Below, one piece after another: positions 49,777 through 62,108 of a stretch of DNA of 64,000 bases (positions are counted from its first letter, which is position 1; every line of letters starts with the position of its first letter). Made by a program: the position numbers and the translations under genes. The stretch comes from Balanoglossus misakiensis (taxonomy: Eukaryota; Animalia; Hemichordata). A model generated the notes under the pieces. That model had not been told where the DNA came from. It ran no database searches and saw only the letters and a program-made list of their open reading frames with translations. The stretch covers positions 3,950,831-4,014,830 of the forward strand of contig CM082578.2 of NCBI GenBank assembly GCA_040954595.2. The letters run 5' to 3'.

Positions 49777-50410
49777 TAGACCATAGCTACGCGCGATTGT
49801 ACAATCATGTATTAAAACAAACATGGCGTCGATCGACGACATCACATCACGAAGAGAGATCGAGTCACAGTCCGATCGAGTAATGGAGGTAGAACCCCAG
49901 GCAAACGCGAACGATCTTACATGTTTGCTAACTTTGATGATTAGGTTGCAATGATCAATCTAGGCCCGATCAAGAAGACTGAGCTAGAATTTGTCGTGGT
50001 AAACCATGACACATTGATTACATCTCGGACACATGCAGACCATCTCTTTTTACGTCCATGTGCAGACACACACGAAACGTCTTCATGTAATTTATTCCGA
50101 CGGGTGACATGCTAGCCCAATTCTTAACTCCAGAATTCTCAAACATGCCTTCTTCTCATTCTAAGACTGACAGACTTCTCATGTGTTCATTCGGGCCCGC
50201 CAAACACAACAAGCGCAGCGGGCCCATGGGCTAGCTGGGCCCGGTGGGCCCGGTGGGCCCGAATGCGGGCCCACCAAACACATTTAATTAGCAAGCCCTG
50301 CGGGCCCATGGGCCTGCTGGGCCCGGAGGGACCGAGCCCCCTGGCGCGCGCAGCAAGCCACTGAGCGCGCCAGGCAAGCGCGCCTTGTGCAGGACATTCA
50401 GTCTGTAGTG

Positions 50411-50590
50411 TAACTGATATTACAATATTTGATTTTGTTACTGAGTTGTAATTTGATGTTTTGTACTGTAATTTCAATTTATAAGAAACGAGGACGTTTC
50501 TAAAAATGGGCCCATAGTTGTGTAAGACTGCAAATTAACATACTTCATTTTGTAGGCCCTTTTGCACTTTGCATGTTAACTATACCTACA
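50411..50590 (+). mobile_element. Probable continuation of the Gypsy remnant (3' UTR, PPT-like region, short or truncated LTR)
   Basis: AT-rich stretch, AAACGAGGACGTTTCTAAAAATGGG, then TGTGTAAG...CCTACA. Confidence 0.4.
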
Positions 50591-50678
50591 TCTGTTTTCG
50601 AATATAAAAGCCACAAACATGTTTGAAGTGGGTTGCCACTCTACAACTCTGACCCGTCTGAGGCTGTCTGTCTTACAC

Positions 50679-51656
50679 TAGCCTATTGGATGACCAAGTT
50701 TATTGCCAGAAAATGGAAAGTAATATTTTAACGTGGCTTCATGAATATACTGATTACTCTGGAGATCTTTAGATGATTTGGGATCTTGTTAAAATGGAAA
50801 TTCGCAAGTTTATTATGTCATATTCAATGAAGAAATCGAGGGAAAGAAAAGAAAAAAAATTAAATCTTGAAAAAAAGCTTCATGGTATGGATGAATTGCT
50901 GAGTGATAATCCAAATGACGAAAACCGTGCAAAGTATGAAGAAACCAAACAACAGTACGAGAAGATGATTGAGTATGAAACAAAAGGTGCAATTATTAGA
51001 TCAAAAATCAGATGGCATGAAGAGGGAGAGAAAGGTTCAAAATATTTCCTGAATTTAGAGAAAAGAAATAACAAGAAAAACATATTAGGAAACTCTATAC
51101 CGGAAGTTCAATTTGCAGACGATACAACTGCTTTTTTACAAAATGAACATTCTGTTGCCAATTTTATGGCTGTCAAGGATAACTTTACACAATGCCCTGG
51201 TCTCTGTGTGAACAGAGACAAGACATCTGGTTTCTGGTTTGGCAAAGATAGGGACAGAACAGACAGTCCCATTGGTTTAAAAGTTACAAAGATTTTCAAA
51301 GCACTTGGTGTGCACTTTTCCTACAATATCTCAGAAGCGAATAAGCTGAACTTTTATGATAAATTCAGAAGTGTCAAACAAACACGTGCAATGTGCAAAT
51401 ATCAACTTAAACCGGTCTGTAATGTATCTTGGTATTCTTAAATAACGCAATTTCGTGATGATAAACTACATTATTTTACAAGCTAAGTTCTTCTTACATA
51501 CCTGTAAACAAAATATACCAACTTTTGAGGTGTTTCTATCATTTTTGAGCTGTAAACCAAGCACATTCCTTGTTGTGTAATTTTGTAGTTTCTGTGTTTG
51601 TAATTTTGTTTTGTATCTATGTTATGTGTTTGCATATTTATAAATAATAAAAAAAT
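50679..51656 (+). mobile_element. Internally deleted L1/Tx1-group LINE fragment, copy 1
   Basis: WDLVKMEIR...GAIIRSKIRWHEEGEKGSKYFLNLEK joined almost directly to QFADDTT; A-rich end near 51640-51656. Confidence 0.8.
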
Positions 51657-51699
51657 GGCAAAGTTGTACTCTTTCCTTTATCATCCCCGACCCTTTACA

Positions 51700-52660
51700 C
51701 CGCCTGATTGTTTTTTAATGGTACATTCTGGCAAAACATTTCCGCCGATAATCGCTGATTTCATGGAAGAAAATCATGTTTTTGCTCCAAGTTGGCTATA
51801 TGAAAAGCATTCGATGGGTAAAGATTAACAGATGTACATCTCTCTGCCTCAAGCAAACTCATCACTGTAGTGACGTCATCCGCCTCCGTCATGACGAGCC
51901 TGTCGCCTCCTGCTAACATTGCTGCTACCATGATATCGAATGAAACAAAAAAGCAAGGTACATAAACTAGGTGACTCGCAGTCTCCCCTCCTTGAAGCTG
52001 AGCCAGTATTATGTACAGGAAGATGAACGTTTCCACCAGTCCATGGTGAGAATGGACTACAGCCTTTGAATCCCCCGTGCTGCCAGAGGTGAATATAATC
52101 AAAGCATAGTCGTCAGACTGGACTTCCATTTGTACGGTCTCCAGTTGTGAATCCGCCGAAGGGACGAGTATGAGGTCACGAAACGCGAGCCATGCACCCA
52201 TCTTCTCCGTTGAGTCAACGCTGATTAAACAACGGACACTTGGAAGTAGCTTGGGAGTATAAAGGCTAGACGCTTCATCCACTCCAGGAACTCACTCAGC
52301 GATGTTGGGAAGACAATTGTTGTCCGCTACCAATACAGCACAACTATGTTATTGATCTGTTTTACGAGGTCCTCTGATTTTAGAGATGAGTCGAACACAA
52401 ACCAGTCCAGCTTTGACAGCTTCCATGTAACCCACATATTCGTATCGCCTACCAACTATAGCAGTCCCATACCTTTCACCTCTTCGCAGACCGAGCTCCG
52501 TCAAATCATTGTATGGCAATAGCTTCTTGTCAACTTCGTTGTCGTCGCAATAATTTGTGAAGTCATTTTGAAAGTTTAAGTGGCCTCCTAAATTACCTGT
52601 TTGGGTTAAGTCTGAATTGAAAGAAAAATAAACACAGTTATATTTAAGTGTTCCCATTTT
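51700..52660 (-). pseudogene. Acyl-CoA synthetase (AMP-binding family) pseudogene, copy 1
   Basis: IIFTSGSTGDSKAVVHSH; ELGLRRGER; frameshifts and a deletion relative to copy 2. Confidence 0.8.
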
Positions 52661-53119
52661 CTGCCAATTAATAATAAAAGAACTCAATTCAAATATAAAC
52701 CCTCCGGGGTCAAGAGTACAAGAATGAGGTGATGAGGTCATTACTGGGGCCAGAATTGATCAACACGAATATACCGTACCTTCTCATTTTTAACTAAAAC
52801 TTCGTCGTCCAAGGGAATAGTTCTCCGTCAATTCAACACCCAGATGACATTGTGGGAATTAAATCATGCATGCCAACATTGTTCTACTCACCTCCTAGTT
52901 TTACCACTGCGTGATTTACAGTATACAGTCGAATGCGAACGCATGCATCAATTGGCTTTTGACACCGACCTGACCTGCCGATCACGTACCGTACCTGATG
53001 TGTACGATCACTCCAAACCAATGAGAATCTCTATATATACACAGCTGTATATATGTCAGTCCTGTATTGGCTGACAGGAATGGAGTGCGAACTTCATCCT
53101 TTTCACTTCTACTTTATCT

Positions 53120-53240
53120 TAGGCCAGTGCACACTGTAGTGTGGGCCTAGCTGCAATAATTGTAGCCTTGGTGGTCTGGACCAACCAGCCCACCAAGGCT
53201 ACAATTATTGTAGCTAGTCTGGGCCCATATACTTGAAAGT
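53120..53240. repeat. 27-bp-arm inverted repeat, possible DNA transposon terminus
   Basis: TAGCTGCAATAATTGTAGCCTTGGTGG (53148) / CCACCAAGGCTACAATTATTGTAGCTA (53190), one mismatch, 15-nt spacer; outer GTGTGGGCC/GGCCCATAT. Confidence 0.7.
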
Positions 53241-53630
53241 GTGACCACAATTTATCGTACTTTCGTCAATCCTCTGCCTGGACGATGTACTACGCAAACT
53301 CACTCGAGCATTCAGAAAGTAATACTACTACAGACAGGAACAATTTTGGATATTCTCCCGTTTGACAGGGTTATTTTTATTTCGATTTCACGACAGTTAG
53401 TCTACAGATGCTATTTTGCTTAAAAACAAGATGGCCGCTACTGTTTACCGAACATATTTTCTATGAATTTGTATGAGATTTCTGCAATCCCTTAAAACAC
53501 ATGAAACTTTTTAAGTGCACATCTTTGTAATATCACTTAAATTTGAAAACTTGGATTATTGGATCAGAAGTAGTCAGTGCGACTTAGTTTGTTAGCTTAA
53601 CATTTGTCTTGTTGAGCATGACTACTCAAA

Positions 53631-56069
53631 TTATATCCGGTCGGACGCCATTTTTGACAAGACGCCTCGTTTGTTCTTTCCACTGTTAGTTTTTGGGAAA
53701 CTGTCAAAGAATAGAACATATTTTGGAAGGAAAAACACATCCACTTTCTCTTTTAACAGCGCCAACAACTCCTCGCGCGTACATTCTTCATTTGGTCGAA
53801 GAATGACACACAGGCAAATCTCGTTGATCATTTTCTCATCTGTTTTCGAATATAAAAGCCACAAACATGTTTGGAGTGGGTTGCCACTCTACAACTCTGA
53901 CCCGTCTGAAGCTGTCTGTCTTACACTAGCCTATTGGATGACCAAGTTTATTGCCAGAAAATGGAAAGTAATATTTTAACGTGGCTTCATGAATATACTG
54001 ATTACTCTGGAGATCTTTAGATGATTTGGGATCTTGTTAAAATGGAAATTCGCAAGTTTATTATGTCATATTCAATGAAGAAATCGAGGGAAAGAAAAGA
54101 AAAAAAATTAAATCTTGAAAAAAAGCTTCATGGTATGGATGAATTGCTGAGTGATAATCCAAATGACGAAAACCGTGCAAAGTATGAAGAAACCAAACAA
54201 CAGTACGAGAAGATGATTGAGTATGAAACAAAAGGTGCAATTATTAGATCAAAAATCAGATGGCATGAAGAGGGAGAGAAAGGTTCAAAATATTTCCTGA
54301 ATTTAGAGAAAAGAAATAACAAGAAAAACATATTAGGAAACTCTATACCGGAAGTTCAATTTGCAGACGATACAACTGCTTTTTTACAAAATGAACATTC
54401 TGTTGCCAATTTTATGGCTGTCAAGGATAACTTTACACAATGCCCTGGTCTCTGTGTGAACAGAGACAAGACATCTGGTTTCTGGTTTGGCAAAGATAGG
54501 GACAGAACAGACAGTCCCATTGGTTTAAAAGTTACAAAGATTTTCAAAGCACTTGGTGTGCACTTTTCCTACAATATCTCAGAAGCGAATAAGCTGAACT
54601 TTTATGATAAATTCAGAAGTGTCAAACAAACACGTGCAATGTGCAAATATCAACTTAAACCGGTCTGTAATGTATCTTGGTATTCTTAAATAACGCAATT
54701 TCGTGATGATAAACTACATTATTTTACAAGCTAAGTTCTTCTTACATACCTGTAAACAAAATATACCAACTTTTGAGGTGTTTCTATCATTTTTGAGCTG
54801 TAAACCAAGCACATTCCTTGTTGTGTAATTTTGTAGTTTCTGTGTTTGTAATTTTGTTTTGTATCTATGTTATGTGTTTGCATATTTATAAATAATAAAA
54901 AAAATGGCAAAGTTGTACTCTTTCCTTTATCATCCCCGACCCTTTACACCGCCTGATTGTTTTTTAATGGTACATTCTGGCAAAACATTTCCGCCGATAA
55001 TCGCTGATTTCATGGAAGAAAATCATGTTCTTGCTCCAAGTTGGCTATATGAAAAGCATTCGATGGGTAAAGATTAACAGATGTACATCTCTCTGCCTCA
55101 AGCAAACTCATCACTGTAGTGACGTCATCCGCCTCCGTCATGACGAGCCTGTCGCCTCCTGCTAACATTGCTGCTACCATGATATCGAATGAAACAAAAA
55201 AGCAAGGTACATAAACTAGGTGACTCGCAGTCTCCCCTCCTTGAAGCTGAGCCAGTATTATGTACAGGAAGATGAACGTTTCCACCAGTCCATGGTGAGA
55301 ATGGACTACAGCCTTTGAATCCCCCGTGCTGCCAGAGGTGAATATAATCAAAGCATAGTCGTCAGACTGGACTTCCATTTGTACGGTCTCCAGTTGTGAA
55401 TCCGCCGAAGGGACGAGTATGAGGTCACGAAACGCGAGCCATGCACCCATCTTCTCCGTTGAGTCAACGCTGATTAAACAACGGACACTTGGAAGTAGCT
55501 TGGGAGTATAAAGGCTAGACGCTTCATCCACTCCAGGAACTCACTCAGCGATGTTGGGAAGACAATTGTTGTCCGCTACCAATACAGCACAACTATGTTA
55601 TTGATCTGTTTTGCGAGGTCCTCTGATTTTAGGGATGTATCGAGTCGAACACAGACCAGTCCAGCTTTGACTGCTCCCAAGTAACCCACGACATATTCGT
55701 ATCGCCTTCCAACTAGCAGTCCCAACCTTTCACCTCTTCGCAGACCGAGCTCCATCAAACCAGAAGCCAGCCCATCAACCTGACGTCTCAACTCTTTGAA
55801 AGTTATTCGCTTGACGGAACCATTCTTTCGGTAGTCAGTTATTGCTTCTCTGCCAGGATAACACTCGCTGGTTAAATCAAACAGTTATGCCGAGGGTCTT
55901 TCCACAAAATCTTCGCTGACCTAGTGTATGGCAGTAGCTTCTCGTCAACTTCGTAGTCGTCGCAATAATTTGTGAAGCCATTTTGAAAGTTGAATGTGCG
56001 TCCTAAATTACCTGTTTGAATTGAACAAAAAGTACTAGTATAAACACAGTAATATTTTAGTGTTCCCAT
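53631..56069 (-). pseudogene. Acyl-CoA synthetase (ACSF2-like AMP-binding enzyme) pseudogene, copy 2, interrupted by an antisense LINE fragment
   Basis: Colinear pieces in shifting frames: RRQVDGLASGLMELGLRRGERLGLL; FTSGSTGDSK; C-terminal EICLCVILR...PKYVLFFDSFPKTNSGK; no introns evident. Confidence 0.82.
53927..54904 (+). mobile_element. Internally deleted L1/Tx1-group LINE fragment, copy 2
   Basis: Same 222-aa ORF as copy 1. Confidence 0.8.
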
Positions 56070-58383
56070 TTTGTGCTTGTTAATAATAAAAGAATCAATT
56101 GAACTATAGACCCTCCGGGGTCAATAGTACTAGAATGAGGTGAAAAAGTCACTGTTGGGATCGGAGTTGATCATCCACCGACATAGGCTATACACAATTC
56201 TCATTTCGAACGGAAGCTTCATCGTCCAAGGTAATTTTTCTCCGTCAGTCCAATACCCAATGTTTTTCACCACTGATTTGTTAGATATGACGGGAAAGAA
56301 TAATAGTAGACTATATGCATCTCATGCAGTTGCCGTTTTGATCAGACCGTGTTTGACGAACGTGAGAAGCGTAAGAGCACTAACCCAATCCCCAAAAGGA
56401 ATTATAATTATAGTGGAAGAGTAAGAAATTTCTCCCAAATAGGATACAGCACCCAGATGGCATTTTGGGAATAAAATCATGTTAGCATTGTTCTACTCAC
56501 CTCAGAGTTTTATCACTGCGTGATTTACAGTATATGGTACAATCGTCTGCGCACGCGTGCACTGGCTTTTGACACCGACCTGACCTGCCGATCACCGTTC
56601 ATGATGTATCTGGTTACTCCCAACCAATGATAATCTCTAAATACACACAGCTGTACACATGTCAGTCCTTTATTGGCTGACATGAAGCAGAGCGAACTTC
56701 ATGATTGGCCATTTTTACACCAGGTATTGTCGAAGTCTTTCAGATCAGAAATGCACTCCTGTGCAATCAGTTGCAAAGAATGCGGCCCGGTTGTTATTTG
56801 TACATCATTGCAAACAAAGCGTCGTTACTTTTTATCACATTTCTAAGTTACTTTGATCATAGACCCTCGAGAAAAACAGGACAGGAAACAACGCCTCTTT
56901 CTTTGTAGTCACTCGGGTGGAATACATTAACTAGTGTTTGCACAGGTGTTGGCCTCCGCCCGCTTATCTAATCCCATTTACGGCCTGAATAACGCGAAAT
57001 CCCGCGAAACACGAGACGAGATCATGCGAAACACCTCAAATCACGCATTTCTCGAGATTTCATGAGACGTGAACAGCCTGGATTGTTTACACCACTAGCA
57101 CTGACAGAAATGGCCGCTATCTGCCACTGCGATGACGACGAGTTTGTGGACGTTTTCTCTGAGGAAGACACAAATGGGTGTTCAGATAGCGATGTAAGCG
57201 AAGACGAAACCCGTTCAGAAGACACAAAACCATTTTCGACCTCAACTGGCCGCCGAAATTTGCGGTATTTAGACCAGTACATGACCTCAAATGCGGAAGT
57301 ATCCTATGCAGTGTGTGTGATCATGGAGGTACTCTCTAGTACCTCCATGGTGTGATAAAGCGTTCAAAACTAAACAAGGCTGCAAGAATCATTTATTAAA
57401 TGGACACAAACTACAAGGTAAGCATTTTAGGAGAGATACTGAAAAGGAGTCAGCCATTCAGGATTTATTAGGTGCACTAGCTGTCACTTCCGAGCATAAA
57501 TTCTTTCGAGTTCTACAATGTACCATTATTGTTGCTGGCATCATTAACAATAGAAAGATCCATTGACCCACGCCATTAAAAAGTACAGGCTGGATATGAA
57601 TGCAAGTTTCAAAATGTAAACCGCTGATTCAGCTAAGATAAGTTAGAAAAACTCCTTCGCCAAGATTTGAAGTGGTAATTTTAGTGTTATTTTCAATAAT
57701 AACTTTATGTGGGGTTTGACAAACAGCGTGAGAAGACATATCCGAATCAGTCATGAATATTAAAAATAAAAACTACTTTTGCTTAAAAATGGAAGACAAT
57801 GTCAAAATGACTATCGATTGGTCAACTTTCAGAACCATCCCAAGGAACACAAGCACCAAGTAGTCAAGAGGAGAAGATAACCAAAGACAAAAGAAAGAAG
57901 AGAGAATACAGTAAGTACACCTATGTAGCTAGCAGTATTGTGCATGTAACAGTGGTCAGCATGATTAATTTGTAGACAAACAATTTCTGTACCAGATGCT
58001 GATTGTGGTTTCCCGTGTGTAGTTGACAATAGAATACTGGGTTGGTAAAGCATAAAGGTTGGACCTGACTCTTATTATGGGCAAACTAAAGCACTCATTT
58101 CAGTTGATTATCTAACATTCATGACGAAGGTATCAGCCGTGTTTTTGTTTGTTTGTTTTTTCACTTAATTTAACATTCATGATGAAAGTATCAGCTGTGT
58201 TTTTGTTTCACTTTATAAGCCCTAAAATAAGAAGAGGTCATTCATATTCAAGACAGGGGGCTTTTAACTTCAAGATTGTCTACTACATGATACATAATGC
58301 CAGACAGTTGTGCCTTGCAGTCAATTTAGATATGTAAGTTTCAGTGTTACTTACCATCCATTACATGTGTAATATTTTTTGTT

Positions 58384-58920
58384 ATGTCAGGAAAACGACC
58401 CTTGCCTACATATACCAAAGAAAATGCTGTAAATGAAGCTGGACATCTCCTCAGTGTGACAATGTGTCAACTACTGTCAAGAGACTACATAAAAAATGGA
58501 GGTTTTGCTAAGAGTATAGTTGCTTTCCAAGATGTGTTGAAGGCATTACATGAAGCAGCTGTTGAAGATCCAGGTTGTATCTTAAAAGAGATGACATGCC
58601 TCATTGGCATTTTGTGGCCAGCAATTGTGGCAGGTGATGGGTGTTTTTTCTCATGTGCACAACGGGAGGCAGTCTTCAAGAAATTTCATCAGCTGAGAAT
58701 TTCAGTGGAACTAAGAAAAGCAATCACATCTCTCTGTGCCAAAGCAAATAAATGTGTGACAAATTCTCAGAAAACTATGATAGCCAATAGTATATTTGAG
58801 ACGATTCTTCTAAGGAGAGAGAAAGTTGAACGAGACTTTGATTGTGCTGAATTAAAGCTGGACAATGTCGAAGAGAACATCCTTCGCTATTCGTGTGGTT
58901 ATATACCAATGGCACTGATA
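58384..58920 (+). pseudogene. Fragment of an uncharacterised, probably DNA-transposon-associated protein
   Basis: REAVFKKFHQLR...EENILRYSCGYIP resembles the YxxGY motif of transposon-borne proteins; cut off by the repeat at ~58920. Confidence 0.35.
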
Positions 58921-59550
58921 GTGTGGTATGAATATTGATGTGTATTCCCGTAGGATTTTTGTGCTAAAATTGATTTTGTTGTTGTTTTGGCTTCTATGGG
59001 GACCCAAATACCCGAAAATGATGGGGTGCAATTTTAAGGGCCCCTCCATCATATTTTTCTGGGGGGGGGTACTTCCGTTTTGTGGTATGATGTGTATTCC
59101 CGTAGGATTTTTGTGCTAAAATTGATTGTTTTTGCTGCTTTGGCTCTAATGGGGACCCAACTACCCAAAAATGACGAGGTGCAATTTTTAGGGCCCCTCC
59201 ATCATATTTTTCTGGGGGGGGGGGTACTTCCGTTTTGTGGTATGATGTGCCCCAAAATACAAGATATTGCCCCTACAATCATTGATATTTTAATCATAGG
59301 TTTTGTAAATCATCATGAGAACTCACCAAAGAACCTTCAAATCAAATTATTTCGAAGCAATGGGGGAAGAGGGTTCTTAGAAAGAGTTTTGACCAAAAAT
59401 GGCAAAAATCGCCCCAAAAATATGCTATTAAATTCTTCAAGTTGATTTGAAAAACATACATGCAAATCTTACTTGGGTCCCCTAAGAACATGCCTACCAA
59501 ATTTCAATGCAATCTGACAAGCGGTTTTGATCCAAAAAGACAAAAATTAT
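58921..59550. repeat. Repeat fragment with ~152-bp tandem duplication, possibly another Helentron-type family
   Basis: TGTATTCCCGTAGGATTTTTGTGCTAAAATTGAT at 58941 and 59093. Confidence 0.6.
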
Positions 59551-59960
59551 AATTAAAGCTGCAAGCAGCATTGAAGGGGCCCAAGCAAATAGAGATAATC
59601 ATGACAAATCCATTGCATCAAATATCAATGCTGTATCTGCTGTGGATGCTGTGATTTGTGAAAGTAGGTCAAAGGTCACCCGAGGTCACCCAACATTTGG
59701 GGAAATAATTGAGCCCATACCGGTCCATGTCCAACAAAAACAAACATGTGGCTCTATTGGATCGCCTGTAATTATATATGCGTATATTTAATGAGGTCAG
59801 CAGGTGTCACAAAATTTGGCTTTTCATTTTGGTCTCATCCTGCCAAATGCCAAGGCTGTTTCTGCTCTGGATGCCGATATATGCGAAAGTAGGTCAATGG
59901 TCACCTGAGATCACCCAAAATTTGGGCGAAAAGTTTTGAACCATATTGGTTCCATGGACA
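59551..59960 (-). mobile_element. Dispersed, diverged 3' fragment of the array family
   Basis: AATTAAAGCTGCAAGCAGCATTGAAGGGGCCCAAGC is the reverse complement of the tail, followed by the ~237-bp subrepeat. Confidence 0.85.
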
Positions 59961-60572
59961 AGAATTACTGAACGAAATCTGATTTCACTATGGGAATACC
60001 TTTGATGTAAGCTCACAATGTGAATTTTCTAAAGCGTATTCTCTCCTGCCTGCATAGCTGTCTGTCTGTCCATCTGTATATAGCGACCAGATCGACATGT
60101 ACAATTGTTAACATGCAGGTGAAGATGGGTATTTAATGTCCGAACTAATTAGTTGCCAATGCAACATCTTGAAAGCGCATGGCGTACATTACCTCAATCA
60201 ACATTTGCCATTCGCTTTTTAGAAATGTGCCGGGGGTCACCTTTGACATGACCAACCGATCCACCCTCGCATAATAAATGAAAATTCCCTAATCGTGATT
60301 AAAACGTAAATCCAACAAATATGCAGGAAAGGATGCACCACAGTGTATCTTTACCATAAACAATTTCGGGAAGTATTGTTAAAAGAGTTACAGAATACAA
60401 CGACTCGAGACTTTTCATACCATGCTAGTTATTTTTATTACGTTCATAATGGACAATATCAAGATTTGATGCCAACCCACCACTACCTATTATGAATTTC
60501 AACATGTCGTTTGACAAAAATATCTCTCTACTGTCTTTGTCTAAATCATGATGTATTCAGCTGTAGTTTATG

Positions 60573-62022
60573 TTAGACACCTGAAAGATACAAACATCTC
60601 AATGTTAAATATGCGTAAGTATAACTTTGAATATAACATCTCAATGGCCCTCAAATATGATTCTCATAGCGCATTCAGAGAGCCGAACAAGAAACATGGT
60701 TGATACAAAGAACGCGAATAATGAAAGAAATGGCCAAAGCTGCAGTTGATTGATCTTTGAACCTTACCTGATCTATCAACAACGCCCATGACGGCATCTG
60801 AATCCACTATTTTCGCTGGTATTGGATTCTTTAACCAGCATTTGCCAGTATTTTTTCTGAAAGTCCATCCGAGACACTGACTGTTGCGTTTGCAATCTTC
60901 ACAACATTCTTCTGGACTGCTCTTGATGTTTTGGTATCCGTCATTTATGTCGTTTCCAGGTGTGGCGAAACCATCTTCCATGTTACAGCCTACGCCTGTG
61001 ATATATATTAAGAATATATTATTGGTGTTGAAAACAATGTCCATCGCATTGATAAACGTACATATTGCATCAAAGTTCTTTCCAAATCCAAATAGTCAAT
61101 ATTGAAATATCGACACGAGTACAGGCCCAACGCTCGATGGGATTTAGGCCTATTTTGAAAATTGTCAAAAATGACAAATTCCCGAACTTGCTAATATTGG
61201 CCATTCTGTCATTTTTGGACGTTTTTCATGGGTTATATATATATAGCTCATGAAAATTGTCCATTCATATCCCTCGTTAACGTTTGTCTCTCTTCCAGCA
61301 TACGTGTACATGTACGCTTTGAATTAGAGGGACTTGCCCCTCCAGAGCGTTTGAATGGGTGTCAAGCAAGCCCATTACAAAATTAAATTTACATATGAAA
61401 ATGTGTCAAACTGAACATTTTAGTACTAACCATACTCGCATCCACGAAGAAAGGCAAACTGGCAAAAAAACAGACAAAGGTTACTAATTACTGCGATGAT
61501 TTTTTAGGCTCATATTTGTTCAAAATACACGGTCAGAGATCTGTTTGAGATAGTCAATGGAAATATTGATACAGTGCAGTGGTCGCCAGACTTGCGTTTT
61601 CACAGACCTTCGGGGGGGGGGGGTGGGGAAACGATTTCATCCCCAAGTTTGAAAAAACGCTGCGTGATTTCTGTTTGAAATTTGTGCATTCAAATTGAAG
61701 ATATTACACCTCAAGTTGAAACTTTCAATCACAGTTCGGGGTGGGCGCTCGACCGAAATACGATAATTGCACGATTAAAGTCAGCCTTACATATTTGTCG
61801 TTTCGGTATTCGAAACTTTCTTCAAAATGTGAATTGGCCAACGGACATGCAGTGACAATCGTTTACCACCCGTAATTATGAACTTCGGTTAACGCACTCA
61901 AACGCTCTCAAAAGCAACCGAGACATTAAAAAATAGTTGTTGCCAGCGCTGCATGCAAATTTTACACTTACCTGACAAAGTGCCACTGCAAGGAGGACCG
62001 AAGCCTTCATCACGATACCCAT
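60573..62022 (-). CDS. Small secreted single PAN/Apple-domain protein (~105 aa, 4 exons: 62022-61972, 61458-61431, 60995-60768, 60580-60573)
   Basis: GT-AG introns with compatible phases give MGIVMKASVLLAVALCQ-FAFLRGCEYG-VGCNMEDGFATPGNDINDGYQNIKSSPEECCEDCKRNSQCLGWTFRKNTGKCWLKNPIPAKIVDSDAVMGVVDRSG-V*; signal peptide and PAN cysteine pattern. Confidence 0.75.
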
Positions 62023-62100
62023 ACTTCTTGCTGATCGTTTGGCTGTTCGTTCGCAGTCAGGAGCACCAACTGTAGTGAGATTTTCCGTCCAACAACTCTG

Positions 62101-62108
62101 CTTTATAT
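62101..62108 (-). promoter_or_regulatory. Putative TATA box of the PAN/Apple gene
   Basis: ATATAAAG on - strand ~80 nt upstream of the ATG. Confidence 0.5.

Larger units (their letters stand above)
44531..50410. mobile_element. CACTA/EnSpm-like TIR DNA transposon derivative (5880 bp), no transposase recognised
   Basis: Perfect 21-bp TIR CACTACAGACTGAATGTCCTG / CAGGACATTCAGTCTGTAGTG, TA on both flanks, GC-rich subterminal repeats (GGCGCGC, GGGCCC). Confidence 0.85.
50589..56702. repeat. Tandem segmental duplication (copies ~50589-53097 and ~53837-56702; offset 3248 bp at left end)
   Basis: CATCTGTTTTCGAATATAAAAGCC at 50589 and 53837; identical 222-aa ORFs and near-identical 173-aa ORFs in both copies. 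Confidence 0.93.
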
